From assembly GCA_035221665.1 (NCBI GenBank), contig CM069133.1:144770001-144834000 (forward strand): a DNA stretch of 64,000 nucleotides, given 5' to 3'. The position numbers were made by a program, and so were the translations under genes. This stretch comes from Okamejei kenojei (Eukaryota). A model generated the notes under the pieces. It was not told the DNA's origin and searched no databases. It saw only the letters and a list, made by a program, of their open reading frames with translations. Below are positions 12,501-25,170 of this stretch, piece after piece (the stretch's first letter is position 1; every line of letters begins with the position of its first letter).

Positions 12501-12956
12501 TTTAAGACTTGATTTGTTTTCTTTCCCTTGCAATTTTCTAAACCAACAATTTCCTCTTAATGACTACGTATGTCCCTGAAAATCTTTCAATTTACTTTAA
12601 CAATCCTTTATATTTTAAAGTCATTTGGTAATGTTATTTCATTTCAATTGTATCTATTTATCTTCTTTTTCCTTTGACATGACATCACCATGGGACTGGT
12701 GAGATGAGATACCATATAATTTTAATGGAATATGAACATTGGTGTTCGCTTTAATTCAAATAAATGCCTAGAGCCTTTGGCTGTAATGATAACTGAAACT
12801 GTCATGAGATAATTTCTCCTCAGGGTTCCCATTGATATTTTGCCTCTCCCCAAGGGACAGATACTTTAGTTTGGGAACTAATGTTCTTGATTCATCTCTT
12901 GTTATTTTGCTTGTCATAATCCTCCTTTTTCCTTGCACACACACTCCTTTTATTAG

Positions 12957-13535
12957 GTGAGACCAAGCGGAGGCTTGGCGATCACTTCGCCGAACACCTC
13001 CGCTCGGTCCGCAATAACCAACCCGACCTCCCGGTGGCTCAGCACTTCAACTCCCCCTCCCATTCCACATCCGACCTCTCGGTCCTGGGCCTCCTCCACG
13101 GCCAGAGTGAGCAACACCGCAAGCTGGAGGAACAGCACCTCATATTCCGCTTGGGGAGTCTGCATCCTTTGGGCTTGAACATTGAATTTTCTCAATTCTG
13201 TTAACCCTTGCTGTCTCCTCCCCTTCCCACCTCTCCCTCAGCCCTCGGGCCCTGGCATTCCCTCTATCTCTATCTCCCCCATCCCCCACCCCAGTCGCAC
13301 CAGCTTCTCATTTTCACACCACAAACAGCTTACAATGGCTTGTTCCCTTTATCATCGATACTTTTTTGCATATCTTTCATTCATTATTCCTTATCTCTCC
13401 ACATCACCGTCTATATCTCTCGTTTCCCTGATCCCTGACCAGTCTGAAGAAGGGTCTCGACCCGAAACGTCGCCTATCTCCTTCGCTCCTTAGATGCTGC
13501 TGCACCCGCTGAGCTTCTCCAGCTTTTTGTGTACC
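12957..13535 (+). mobile_element. Penelope 3' fragment with 15-bp TSD
   Basis: GIY-YIG C-terminal half; TSD CACTCCTTTTATTAG at 12942-12956 and 13536-13550. Confidence 0.92.
13441..13474 (+). ncRNA. Minimal type I hammerhead ribozyme motif of a Penelope pLTR
   Basis: CUGAAGA-A-GGGUC-UC-GACCC-GAAAC-GUC with palindromic ACGU stem III, as known for PLE minimal hammerheads; stem I is very short. Confidence 0.7.
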
Positions 13536-14347
13536 CACTCCTTTTATTAGTTAATCTGCCTTTTGCTCCAGCATAAAGCTTCTCTTTTATTGCTTCCTCC
13601 CCCTTTGGCATTTCTATACTGAAAGCCTTTTCATTTCCAGGTGTTTTCAATTGTTGAATAGATAAACAGATAGGAAATATTGAGAGGGATATGGGCCAAA
13701 TATGGGCAATTGGGATGAGCGCAGAATGCCAACTTAGTTGGTATGGACAAGGGGAGCTGAAGGGCCTGTTTCTATGACTGATGAATAGCCATCAACCTGA
13801 AACATCAACTATGTTTTTCTCTCTTCACAGATGACTAAACAAGTTGTATGCTGGTTACATTCTCTACATCCTTTGAACGTGACAAAGCAGAGATTTTGGC
13901 AAATGATTAGGATGTGGAAAGAGCAGACACAAGGAACTGTAGATGCTGATTTACAAAAGACACAAAGTGCTGGAGGAAATCTCATGGATAGATCATATTT
14001 TGGGTCGTTATTCTTCTTCAGATTCAATGTTATTTCTCACTCAGAGCAAAGGTATCACTGGTACTAAAAGTGAAGGAGCAGGAAATATTAAGAAGATTTA
14101 CAATTACAGGTTTAATGCTAAATAAATCAGAAAAGGCTAGACTGTTGACAATGTGAAAATGGAATTACACGTGAATTGGGGAATATTTTTCTCCCAAGAG
14201 CCAGGTAGAAGTAAATTGGATTAGAAAAATAAGTAAATGTGACTAACACAAGGAAGTAGTTAAAGATGGCATCAACTCAAATTGAAACTATGGGAGTAGA
14301 GAAGCCCTCACCCTCTCCCCTCCTGGCCAGAGGAAGGATTGGATCAT

Positions 14348-14804
14348 GATTCCTGGGATGGCACGACTTTCATATGAAGAAGACTGGATAGACTCGGCTT
14401 GTACTCGCTAGATTTTAGAAGATTGAGGGGGGATCTTATAGAAACGTACAAAATTCTTAAGGGGTTGGACAGGCTAGATGCAGGAAGATAGTTCCCGATG
14501 TTGGGGAAGTCCAGGACAAGGGGTCACAGTTTAAGGATAAGGGGGAAGTCTTTTAGGACCGAGATGAGAAAATCGTTTTTCACACAGAGAGTGGTGAATC
14601 TGTGGAATTCTCTGCCACAGAAGGTAGTTGAGGCCAGTTCATTGGCTGTCTTTAAGAGGGAGTTAGATGTGGCCCTTGTGGCTAAAGGGATCAGGGGGTA
14701 TGGATAGAAGGCAGGTACAGGATACTGAGTTGGATGATCAGCCATGATCATATTGAATGGCGGTGCAGGCTCGAAAGGCCAAATGGCCTGCTCCTGTTTC
14801 TATG
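14348..14804 (+). mobile_element. CR1 3' fragment
   Basis: Near-identical to 1795-2250. Confidence 0.93.
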
Positions 14805-15943
14805 TCGGTCCTCACCTTACACCCCACCAGCTTCTGCAGATAATGGATCATCCTTTACAATTCCTGCCACCTACAATGAGATTCCACCTCAGACATATAT
14901 TCCCTCTCCCTTTTCTTCACGGCATTTCTTATTCACTAATGCCTCTGCTTCAGGTGACACCTTCCCATTCATCCATAGGTGTTCAATATTATTTTACTTA
15001 CACTGGATAAAAATGCAGTTGAGGCAGCAGCTACTATTCAGTCTGAGAGGGCAACCCAGAGCTTCCAGTTGCCTGGCACATTCATTCTCCATACCACTCT
15101 CCTCTACACTATTCAAGAGAAGCCCAATGGAAGCTGGATACCATGATTATGGAATTATAGTATCCAGATTTGGATTGCTAATTTTAGTTTTAAAATCAGT
15201 TATTGGACAAATTAAAATTGGACGCCTTTCCAATAGTCATCAGAATGGAAAGAGTTAAAGGTTATTAATATAAAACTCACAGAAAGAGTACATCTTTACA
15301 GAAGGTGCAAGAAAACTGTTGCGTGTTTATTATGAATATGTTGGGCTGGGGAAACATGCAACACAATTTAAAAAAACAAATCTTCTATTCTGAGAGATCT
15401 ATTTGCAAAAAAATATGCAGTTCTGGCTGCATATTGTAAGAAAACAGGTTTTTTTTAAAAACTTTCCCATGGGAAAGTTACGCTCGACTAAGAATAAAGA
15501 GCACACTACATTTACATTCCTGTCACCAGTTTCTGCAGACAAGAGGTTTTTGTTTGAACGAGCAGTTGAACAGCTCACAAATGTTATATTTTTCAAGACT
15601 ACTTTAGTAATTTTGAAATAGATATGCAATAGAGAGTTGAGTGTGTTAAAATCATGCATTGGCCTAAAAACGATTTCCCACACAGAGAAATATTTTAGTT
15701 ACAATTTAGGACAATGAGGTAAGCCTGACATTGTAAAGCAAAATCAATTTCTTACTGATCATCCAACACTGCTTGTCATCTTGGTTGGCTTTGGGATGTT
15801 AAAAGGCAAAAGGCATATATTATCTCAATAAGAGCAATAATGCTGGCATTATTACTGATTATCTGAATACAAATCTGTATTCTCGTTGACCATACAAGCA
15901 TGGCATCCCAACTGATTCAATGTAACAGAAATGGGGAACTGAC

Positions 15944-17460
15944 CCTTCCTCGGACAATGTGGCCACTGACCGTTTATGAAGCTCCAATAACAACTGTGGA
16001 GAAGATGGAGCGAACCATAACTTCATACGCGAAGAAATGGCTCGGTGTCCCACGATGTCTAACTAACATCGGCCTCTATGGCAAAGGGGTCCTGGAACTA
16101 CCTCTCACTAGTCTAACAGAGGAATACAAGTGTTCCAAAGTAAGACTCCAGATGACACTGAGGGACTCTAGAGACAAGACCATCAGTGCTGTTGCGCCGC
16201 CCCTAGTAACGGGCCGGAAGTGGACACCATCTGATGCAGTACAACAAGCTTCATCAGCCCTGAGGCACAAAGACGTCGTGGGGCAAGTGCAGCAGGGAAG
16301 AGGAGGCTTTGGCCTTACGACAAGTAAACCAACTTGGCGAAAGGCCACAACATCAGAGCGGAGGACATTGGTGGTTGAGGAGGTGCGGCGACAGGAGGAG
16401 GCCGCAAGAAGTGCAAAGGCGGTCTCGCTTGCCAAACAGGGGCAATGGATGCAGTGGGAAGGTGTGGAGCGGAGGAAGATCAGCTGGAAAGAACTATGGG
16501 AAATGGAATCAAGCAAGATCAGCTTCATCATCAGAGCGACATACGACGTCCTTCCATCACCAAAGAACCTCAATCAGTGGTACGGCGAGGATCCAATCTG
16601 TGCCCTCTGCCCAACTCCAGCGACCCTCAAACACATCATGGTACGCTGCAAGACCAGCCTCACGCAAAGGAGATACACGTGGAGGCATAATCAGGTATTA
16701 AAAAGCCTGGCAACAGCCCTTGAGAACAGGCTGTGTGCGACCAACTCCTTGCCTCCGAGAGCAAGCAACCCCTCCCACTTAAGGGCGACAACCTTTGTCC
16801 GAGAAGGACAGAAAACACCGAAACATCCTTCCACTAGATCAGAAGAAGGAAACCTATGCAGGGCCCGTGACTGGAGGATGCTGGCGGACATCGGCCGACA
16901 ACTAATCTTTCCACCTGAAATTGCTTCAACCAACCTCAGGCCAGATTTGGTGTTCTGGTCCCTTTCACAGAAGACTGCTTACATCATAGAGCTCACAGTT
17001 CCATGGGAGAACTCTGTTGTGGAGGCCTATGAGCGTAAGAAGCTGCGCTACACAGAGCTTGCAGCAGAGGCAACGCAGTGTGGCTGGAACATCAACGTTT
17101 ATCCAGTTGAAGTGGGATGCAGAGGATTTGTTGCGTCATCTACCATCAGACTGCTGAAGGAGCTTGGAATCCACGGTCAGGCTCTGCAGAAGACCATAAG
17201 ATCACTCTCAGACGCGGCTGAAAGAAGCAGCTGTTGGATTTGACTTAGCGGAAAGACCCATGCTGGGCCCCAAATACATCATGGTGAATCTTTGAGGCAG
17301 TTTGACACGGGACACACGCTGAGGGCTGATCATCCTGCAGCGGGCCGCCCTTGTGGAGGGTGTATAGTGATAAAAGGCCGAAACACCCAGTGATGCAAGG
17401 GTACACTACTGATGATGTGTCCTGTGCCCAGCTGTCCTGAAGGTTACCCAGGCCAAGATA
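15944..17460 (+). mobile_element. 5'-truncated RLE-type non-LTR retrotransposon, HERO-like
   Basis: ORF with a CCHC knuckle (CALC..LKHIMVRC), RHNQVL, and RPDL..IIELTVPWE..KKLRY (PD-(D/E)xK restriction-like endonuclease). The stop at 17241-17243 looks like TGG>TGA in WIWL; structured 3' UTR follows. Confidence 0.9.
17343..17415 (+). ncRNA. Candidate permuted hammerhead ribozyme in the RLE element 3' UTR
   Basis: Core CUGAUGA 17409-15, GAAA 17380-83, cleavage triplet GUA 17362-64; stems I, II and III all pair perfectly (see findings). Confidence 0.65.
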
Positions 17461-18059
17461 TACGTATACGTACCCCCCCCCCCCCTGATGTTGAGCGTCG
17501 ACCACTCTCAGCAATCAATGAATGTCGTGAAATGCTCCCCACCTACTGGCACAAGGGACTTCTTAACATCTAGTCCTGTGTATTTGATTCTTTTTGTTTG
17601 ACATGCTATGGTGGCGGGGAAGATCCAGAAATATGTATTGTCTACAAACGTCACATTGATGATACAATATTTACTTGCAATGTGTAGAAGAGGGACACTG
17701 GAAAAGCACGTTTCTACCAAACACGTCGTTGGGCAAACAATATTGTCTCCTGGCCATATATTTCTCAGCACAACCACCAAGTTCTGGCTGTATAGCTGTG
17801 ACTTAGAAGGAAAAACAAGAAAATAGGAATCAACATTTTGACATGGTGGACCGAAGGGCCTGATTCTGTGCTGTACGGTTTAAAAACTGGACCAGGCAAT
17901 TTCTAGCAGAAATGTCATTTATGGTTCAACCCTTGTTGCCCTTCAAGAAGTGATTGTTGGCTTTCTTTGACAAGTACTTTATTCCACTTGGTGAAGGTAT
18001 TTCTACAATGCTGATAGGTATACATTGTTAGCACTAGCCTGGAGGGTTTCCAAGTTCAC

Positions 18060-18390
18060 AAGTTATAGGAGTAGAATTAGGTCATTCGGCCCATCGAGCC
18101 GAGTCTGCCATTCAATTATGGCTGATTTCTGCCTCCTAATCCCATTTTCCTGCCTTCTCCCCATAACCCTTGACACACATGTTCTAATCAAGAGTTTGCC
18201 TATTTCTGCCTTAAAAATATCCTCTGACATCGCCTGCACAGCCCTCTGTGACAATGAGTTATATAGATTAACTACCCTCTAACTAAATAAGTTCCTCGTC
18301 ACCTTCTTTCTAAAAGAGCCCCCTTTAATTCTGAGGCTATGACCTCTGTTCCTAGACTCTCACACCAGTGGAAGCATCCTTTCCATATCT
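18060..18390 (-). mobile_element. CR1 3' fragment (older subfamily)
   Basis: Reverse complement of a CR1 3' end (GCCATTCAAT.ATGGCTGAT..CCTGCCTTCTCCCCATA). Confidence 0.85.
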
Positions 18391-18876
18391 AACCAGGTTA
18401 CGATCTGAAGCATCACTTATCCATGTTCTCCAACGATGTTGCCTGACCTGCACTTTGTGTCTTTTGAAAAAAACCCCATCATCTGCAGTTCCTTGTTTCT
18501 ACATTAGTAGTATTGTAACCCAGTGATAATGAAAGAAATGTAATATACCAAATCAGGCTGGTATGTGACATGAAAGGTGAATAAACAATGACGGTGATCT
18601 CATGCATCTACCACCCATTCCCTTCCAGGTAGTCAGGTTACGGGTTTGAGAGGTGATGCTATAAGAATCCAAGCAACTCCATGCAGTATGTCAGTGCTGG
18701 GTGGGGACAGTGAATTCAACACATGAAATGCAGGCCAAATCTGTCAGCATTGGCTTAACGGCTTAAACAGGAAGATCTTTAAAGGCCTTAAAGTGCATCA
18801 TCCCAAATGTTGTAATTCTGCAAATTGTACCATATCATCTTTCCTTAGCAATGTTCTGCACTTGCTAGTTGTGGGT

Positions 18877-19680
18877 GTGGCGGGGGCTAACGGCAGCGGC
18901 TCGACTACAGTCGTCTGTTTATTTTTATTTTTGTCTTGTTAAATGTATGTCTTGAGCCTAGTTGTTATTCTTTTTTTAGCTGTGTATATGTGGGGGATAG
19001 AGGGGGGGCTGTGGGGAAACCGTTAGTCTCTTCCCTGTACGGGCCCCAACTTTTTCCCTGTCGGGTCTCCAGTGTCATTGGGCCTAACAGTGTGCAGCCG
19101 GCGGCGGCTTCCGGCCGGGACCAGCCTCCCGACTCTGGTCGCGGAGCCTGCGGACCTGACATTGCGGAGCTGGCCGTCTTCGGAGCGGGGAGAGCTGTGG
19201 TGGCGCTCGGCTGCGACCCGACTTTGGAGCTTCGGAGGCTCCGGCTGCAGGCCCGGTGGACAGGAACATCGGGTGCTCCAGGTCCCTGGTGGGAGACGGC
19301 TTTTCGGAGCTCCCGTAACGGCAACTTCTCCCGCTGGAATCACGGGATTTAAAGGACACGGAGCGTGGCCTAACATCGCCTGGCGCCTAACACGGGACTT
19401 ACCATCGTCCGCCGGGGGCTCTAACATCAGAGCCCCAGTTCGCCTAGGCGCTGCAGTTGGACTGCTGGACCGCGGGTGAAGAACAAAGGGAAGAGATAAG
19501 ACTTTGCCTTCCATCACAGTGAGGAGGTGTTGGAGACTCACTGTGATGGATGTTTATGTAAACTATGTTAAGTGTGGGTCTTAGGTTTTTTGTAATGTTA
19601 AAAAACTGTAGAAAATGCAATTTTGTTCAAACCAAGTTGTTTGAATGACAATAAAAGGCATTCTATTCTATTCTATTCTA
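18877..19680 (+). mobile_element. GC-rich non-autonomous retroposon (SINE-like) with (ATTCT)n tail
   Basis: CpG-rich non-coding body, 14-bp hairpin 19510-19550, TGAATGACAATAAA followed by (ATTCT)n. The 3' domain is shared with 54345-55070. Confidence 0.7.
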
Positions 19681-20413
19681 CTTAAGCTAGATGAAAGATT
19701 AAAGTTCCGTCCTGCTTTATGTGTTTGTGTGGAAGAAAAGTCTTACATGTTAGTCTGCTGATTCAAAGCAAAACAAGTGTACAGGTTAATTAGCTTTATT
19801 ATTCTCATAAACCACTAAAGATAAAATGATAAAATTAGAAAGACAAACAGATAAAAACGGGTGATTGAGAAGATAAAGACTTTCCTTTATGATGTTTGGC
19901 TCGTACATGACGAACAATTCCTGGATTTTTGCTCCCTAGGTTCTGCAGCCTTCCACAATTAGAGCAGGATAGAGCAGGTGGGGGGGGGGGAGTGTAAGCT
20001 AATGTGTTTATGAAAGTTTTTGGTGTTCTCATGATGCATGACTTTGAGCTTCTCCACACATCCCCAATGCTCCTTCCCCACTCTGGGAGGTTATTTCGTC
20101 TTCAGATTGTATGTTTAAAGAAAACTGCTTCCCACGTACATGGCAGCATTCTTATAATGAATTCTTCATATTGTCAGTTTTTTAATCTGCTGCATTGATG
20201 CATTTTCTTCTGCGAGAATGTACTAAGGAGTGATCTAGGCTTACCAAATCCTACATGCTGTATAATGCATTTGATGTGGAAATTACAAAACTTATTGAAA
20301 CTATAGTTTTACCTCAAAAAAAGGAAAACTGGGTGATCTCACAATTATAGAATGTATTTCACATCTTCCTCACCTTTCAAACATTTCACAACAAATTATG
20401 TGAAAATTAGTGG

Positions 20414-21022
20414 TAGACAGAAAAGCTGGAGAAACTCAGCGGGTGAGGCAGCATCTATGGAGCGAAGGAATAGGCGACGTTTCGCGTCGAGACCCTTCTT
20501 CAGACTGATATCGGGCGGGAAGAAGAAAGGAAGAGGCGGAGACGGTGGGCTGTGGGAGAGCTGGGAAGGGGAGGGGAAGGAGGGAGAAAGCAAGAACAAC
20601 CTGAAATTGGAGAAGCCAATGTTCATACCGCTGGGGTGTAAACTGCCCAAGCCAAATATGAGGTGCTGCTCCTCCAATTTACGGTGGGACTCACTCTGAC
20701 CATGGAGGAGGCCCAGGACAGAAAGGTCGGATACGGAATGGGAGGGGGAGTGCTGTGCCACCGGGAGATCAGGTTGGTTAATGCGATCTGAGCGGAGGAG
20801 TTGGGCGAAGCAATCGGCAAGCCTACGCTTGGTCTCACCGATGTAGAGCAGCTGACACCTGGAAAAGCGGATGCAGTATATGAGGTTGGAGGAGGTGCAG
20901 GTGAACCTCTGCCTCACCTGGAAAGACTGCTTGGGCCCTTGGATGGAATCGAGAGGCGAGGTAAAGCGACAAGTGTCGCATTTCCTGCGGTTGCAAGGGA
21001 AAGTACCGGGGGGAGGGGGTGG
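20414..21022 (-). mobile_element. Penelope 3' fragment
   Basis: PGTFPCNRRKC..NLIYCIRFSRCQLLYIGET; hammerhead motif at ~20476-20508. Confidence 0.92.
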
Positions 21023-22478
21023 GAAGCGACTATTGGTCACTATTTTGCCATGTGCTAAATAAACAAATTAAACCAATGACAATAATTCAATTGTATTTCT
21101 GCTGAATCAAACACATTCACGTTAGACAAGCACACTAATCAACAAACAGAGTCAGCATATATAGTTTGAGGAACGTTTTCAATATTTATCCAAATTGGTG
21201 TAACCATAGTAGTATGTTTGTGCACCCATGTTTGTGATATTTATGAGAGATTTGAACCATTTATATATTTGAAGCATATTAAAAAATCTGGACATCTCCC
21301 AGTAACCAAGGGAAGCAAATGAGGAATTTGAGTCTCTGGGAACAGTCATTTCAATGGCGCCATGAATGGACAAACTGGAGATGAGCACTAATGGAATGGA
21401 AGGTAGGGGTTATGGAAATGGGTAGCATGACCTCTGAGGCACCGGAAGGTAAAATCATTAAAATGAGGTAAGTGCACGTTGTGGTGGAGATGGGGAACAC
21501 ACACATTATTCCAGGTGCATCTCAGATGCCTCTTGCGAGGCTTTGTGGAAATAGATGGAGAAAAGTGGGAGTCAAAAGCCATTGCCATTTCACTGAACTC
21601 CCAAAGGTCTTACTTACTTCACCAGTTTTATTGCAGAATATAACATAATGGAAGTGTGTCAAATTTTGACATTGGTACAGAACAATAACAATTCTGGCAT
21701 CATTTTCAAATATTTGCACCACTTATGTGCTCAAACTATACGTTAAAAATGGAGCTATGGCACCATATGCCTTCACTACACATGTTTTGCCATTTGTAGC
21801 AACTTCACATCAATTGGATAGTTTTCCACATTTTTTACATTAAATTTCTTTAATACACAATAATAAGAATGATGATTAAATAGATCCATGACAACAAATC
21901 AACTTCAGTAAATAATTAAGTGAAAACAGTCTTACCAAGATGGTAGTTGGCCAATTTTCTTCATTAAAAATAAATCAAATACTCGTTAGGGATTTTCAAA
22001 ACAAAAAGTTGACATCCAAAGTTTTCTCAAGACCTTGAGAATCCCTGGACGTTTTGTAAGTATACCAGGAACAAGAGGCTAGTTAGGGTATGAAATGAAT
22101 AAACAATTTGAGGAACCTGGCGAAATGAGCAATGTCGTAATTGAATATTTCTTATCTGTATTCACCATGGAGAAAGATATGACTAATGTGTTCAGTCAGG
22201 AGTGCGTGGATATTCGGAACAGGTCAATATTAGGTCAGCATTTAAAAGATGTTTGGGCAGGTACATGGATAGGAAAGGTTTAGAATGATTTGGGCCAAAT
22301 ACAGGCAAATGGGACTAGCTTAGATGGGGGATTCTGGTCAACATGGATAAATTCGGCTGAAGGGCCTATTTCCATGCTGTATGACTCTATAAGAAGGAAG
22401 TGTTCGATGTCATGAAATGAACAATGGTTGATAAATCTTCAAGACCAGATGAGATCTATCCCATTTTGCTATGGCTTA

Positions 22479-22801
22479 AAGCCCTGTCCCACGGTACGAG
22501 TTCATTCCAAAAGCTCTCCCGATTTAAAAAAAAAAATAAAATTTATGGTAAGCACGGAGAATGAACGTAACGGGTACGCCGGAGCTCGGGGACGTCTCTT
22601 AACGCTAACGGCAAGTACTCGGGAAGACTCGCTAACGGGCAGGTAAGCACGGGAAGACTCGTGAAGATTTTTCAACATGATGAAAAATGTCCACGAGAGC
22701 CCCGACTACTTACGAGTGGCCATTACCATAAATCTCCGAGTTCGAATCAGGGCAAACTCGGGAGAGCTCTTGGAATGAACTCATACCGTGGGACAGGGCT
22801 T
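22479..22801. mobile_element. Harbinger-type MITE
   Basis: TTA|AAGCCCTGTCCCACGGTACGAGTTCATTCCAA ... TTGGAATGAACTCATACCGTGGGACAGGGCTT|TTA. Confidence 0.85.
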
Positions 22802-23302
22802 TTAGGGTTTTTTGCATTTTCATTTTTGACAGGCGAGTTGCCAGATACTGGAATATAGCTAATATTCTTCAATATTTAAAAAAGGGTAGCAGGGATAAGC
22901 CAGGTAACTAGCCAATAAGTGAATTCAGTGCACCGTGAACAATTGATTTTAAATTACAGCAGAACCAAAAAGTGGCTTTGATTTACAAGTGTGGAAAAAG
23001 AGTAATGGATTTGAAAAAGGCCATGTCATCATTTTAATCTGGATATTTCAAACTAGTATGAAAAGTGCATTTATACTTCACAAAATCCATGATTACATTT
23101 TCTAATACACTCCTAGTCCACTTTTCAAAGACTAAACCTGAATTATAATGACAGTCACTATGTGCCAAGATGCTGAAGTATTGGGAACAGTTCTTTTTCA
23201 CAATGCTAAAATCGACTGAACTACTCCTGACAGAAGGTTTAAAAGAAGGGCCTTCTGAACATGCAGATATTGTAATTTTTGACATACACCCATTTGTTTT
23301 TA

Positions 23303-25170
23303 CATAGAAACATAGAAAATAGGTGCAGGAGGAGGCCATTCGGCCCTTCTAGCCAGCACCGCCATTGTGATCATGGCTGATCTTCCCCTATCAATAACCC
23401 GTGCCTGCCTTCTCCCCATATCCCTTGACTCCACTAGCCCCTAGAGCTCTATCCAACCCTCTCTTAAATCCATCCAGTGATTTGGCCTCCACTGCCCTCT
23501 GTGGCAGGGATTTCCATAAATTCACAACTCTCTGGGTGAAAACGTTTTTTCTCGCCTCAGTCTTAAATCACCTCCCCTTTATTCTAAGACTGTGGCCCCT
23601 GGTTCTGGACTCGCCCAACATTGGGAACATTTTTCCTGCATCTAGCTTGTCCAGTCATTTTATAATTTGATATGTTTCTATAAGATCCCCCCTCATCCTT
23701 CTAAACTCCAGTGAATACAAGCCTAGTCTTTTCAATCTTTCCTCATATGACAGTCCCGCCATCCCAGGGATCAATTTCGTGAACCTACGCTGCACTGCCT
23801 CAATCACAAGGATGTCCTTCCTCAAATTAGGAGACCAAAACTGTACACAATACTCCAGATGTGGTCTCACCAGAGCCCTATACAACTGCAGAAGAACCTC
23901 TTTACTCCTGTACTGAAATCCTCTTGTTATGAAGGCCAACATTCCATTAGCTTTCTTCACTGCCTGCTGAACCTGCATGCCAACTTTCAGTGACCGGTGT
24001 ACAAGGACGCCCAGGTCTCGCTGCACCTCCCCCTTACCTAACCTTACCCCATTGAGATAATAATCTGCCCCCTTGTTTTTGCCGCCAAAGTGGATAACCT
24101 CACATTTATCTATATTATACTGCATCTGCCACACATCTGTCCACTCACTCAACCTGTCCAGGTCACCCAGCAACCTGCTAACATCCTCTTCACAGTTCAT
24201 ACTGCCACCCAGCTTTTGTATCATCCGCAAACTTGCTAGTGTTGCTCCTAATTCCCTCTTTCAAATCATTAATAATATATGGTAAACAATTGCGGCCCCA
24301 ACACCGAGCCTTGCGGCACTCCACTCGCCACTGCCTGCCATTCTGAAAAGGACCCGTTCACTGCTACTCTTTGCTTCTGGTCTGCCAACACAATTTTATC
24401 CATGTCAACACCCTATCCCCGATACCATGTGCTCTAATTTTAGTCACCAGTCTTCCCGTGAGGGACTTATCAAAGGCTTTCTTAAAGTGTAGATACACTA
24501 CATCCACTGGCACCCCTTCATCCATTTTACTTGTCACATCCTCAAAAATTCCAGAAGATTAGTCAAGCATGATTTCCCTTTCCATAAATCTCCATGTTGA
24601 CTTGGACTAATCCTTTTACTGCTATCCAAATGCCCCATTAATACTTCTTTAATAATTGACTCCTGCATCTTTCCCACCACCGAAGTCAGGCTAACTGGTC
24701 TGTAGTTCCCTGTTTTCTCTCTCGCTCCTTTCTTGAAAAGTGGGATATCATTAGCTATCCTCCAATCCACAGGACCTGATCCTGAATCTATTGAACATTG
24801 GAAAATGATCACCAATGCGTCCACAATTTCTAGAGCCACCTCCCTGAGGACCCTGGGATGCAGACCATCAGGCCCAGGGGATTTATCATCCTTCAGTCCC
24901 ATTAGCCTACCCAATACTATTTCTCGCCTAATGAACATTTCTTTCAGTTCCTCTACCCCCTTAGACCCTCTGTCCTCTATTACATCTGGGAGATTGTTTG
25001 TGTCCTCCTTCGTGAAGCAGATCCGAAGTACCTATTCAACTCTTCTGCCATTTCCTTGTTGCCCATAATAATTTCACCCGTGTCTGCCTTCAAGGGACCC
25101 ACATTTGACTTTGCTACTTTTTTTCCCTTAATATATCTAAAGAAGCTTTTACTGTCGTTCTTTACATTCC
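23303..25170 (-). mobile_element. CR1 LINE, RT region to 3' end, frameshifted
   Basis: KSPGPDGLHPRVL, NYRPVSLTS, RPHLEYC; ACATAGAA tail at 23303. Confidence 0.96.
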
